Assembly: GCF_004010195.1 (NCBI RefSeq)
Contig: NC_057719.1
Coordinates: 65,689,702 to 65,753,701 of the forward strand
Reading direction: 5' to 3'
Origin: Chiloscyllium plagiosum
Lineage: Eukaryota
Length of the DNA: 64,000 nt
Below are positions 63,376 through 64,000 of this stretch, piece after piece; position 1 is the first letter of the stretch, and every line of letters begins with the position of its first letter. The position numbers were made by a program, and so were the translations under genes. The notes under the pieces were generated by a model. The model was given only the letters and a program-made list of their open reading frames with translations. It was not told the origin of the DNA and did not search any database.

Positions 63376-64000
63376 GAGGGTCCAGACCTAACAGCCTTCT
63401 GCATTTGGTTTTTTTTAATCCAAATGGCAGCCAGCCAGACTTATCCATTTGACTGGCTGCTGATCGGGAAAAGAATTGCAAGGAATAAACAGATCCTGCC
63501 ATTAAATTCAACGGATCTACTGCATCCCCATCTTCGTCAATACTTTTGATCTCTTTCAGTCTCCCCATTCCCTCACACCTTGCCATATATATTTGGGTTA
63601 CCATGGTAGTGAATTAGTGGTAAATCTGTGGACCAGCCCTCCTAGGGAGACAATGCAAGCAGAGATTCTGGAGTCATTCAAATGCAGAATATATACCTCT
63701 CTTTGAGAAAATAATGTTATAGGATACAACATAAGAGTAAGCTGAGACATTGTTTGTGGTGAATAAAGGCCTTGCAAGGCATTGGTGTCTTTGGCCTATG
63801 GCTCCCTAGAAATTCCACTACTATTAGAATTTTCCTAAGCCAATTTCTGGATCAAATTGCAGAGTAATTTAAAGAGACTGATATAATTGTTGTGTCATAT
63901 GACTGCAGGGATGGTAGTGAGTGAGCTAAGTGGTCCTCAGTTTTTTATTACCCAACCATTTTCAAAGTGTGGCAACAGGAGAAATTACAGCCATCATAGA

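Overview
This is eukaryotic, AT-rich, repeat-dense DNA, intergenic or deep-intronic. The repeat set (HE1-type V-SINEs, HER1/CR1 LINEs, Deu-domain SINEs, two Penelope-like families) points to a cartilaginous fish (shark); this is inferred from recalled repeat consensus, not from a database search. I found no host protein-coding exon, rRNA, true tRNA gene or CRISPR array. Every recognisable ORF is decayed transposon sequence. Main contents: (1) a nested Penelope-in-Penelope locus at 4.15-8.67 kb, which spans a 100-N assembly gap; (2) about ten further Penelope-like (PLE) insertions, most built as an inverted arm plus a tailed arm, flanked by 10-16 bp target-site duplications (TSDs), many carrying minimal hammerhead-ribozyme cores; (3) a decayed Gmr1-like Ty3/Gypsy element at 46.4-51.8 kb with a SCAN-like gag and integrase placed before RT; (4) a non-coding retroposon with a GC-rich 26-bp minisatellite body at 14.7-16.2 kb; (5) a Harbinger Myb/SANT relic, a Tc1/mariner-type MITE, many CR1 fragments and a few local duplications. 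Repeat boundaries were read by eye and are approximate unless TSD coordinates are given.
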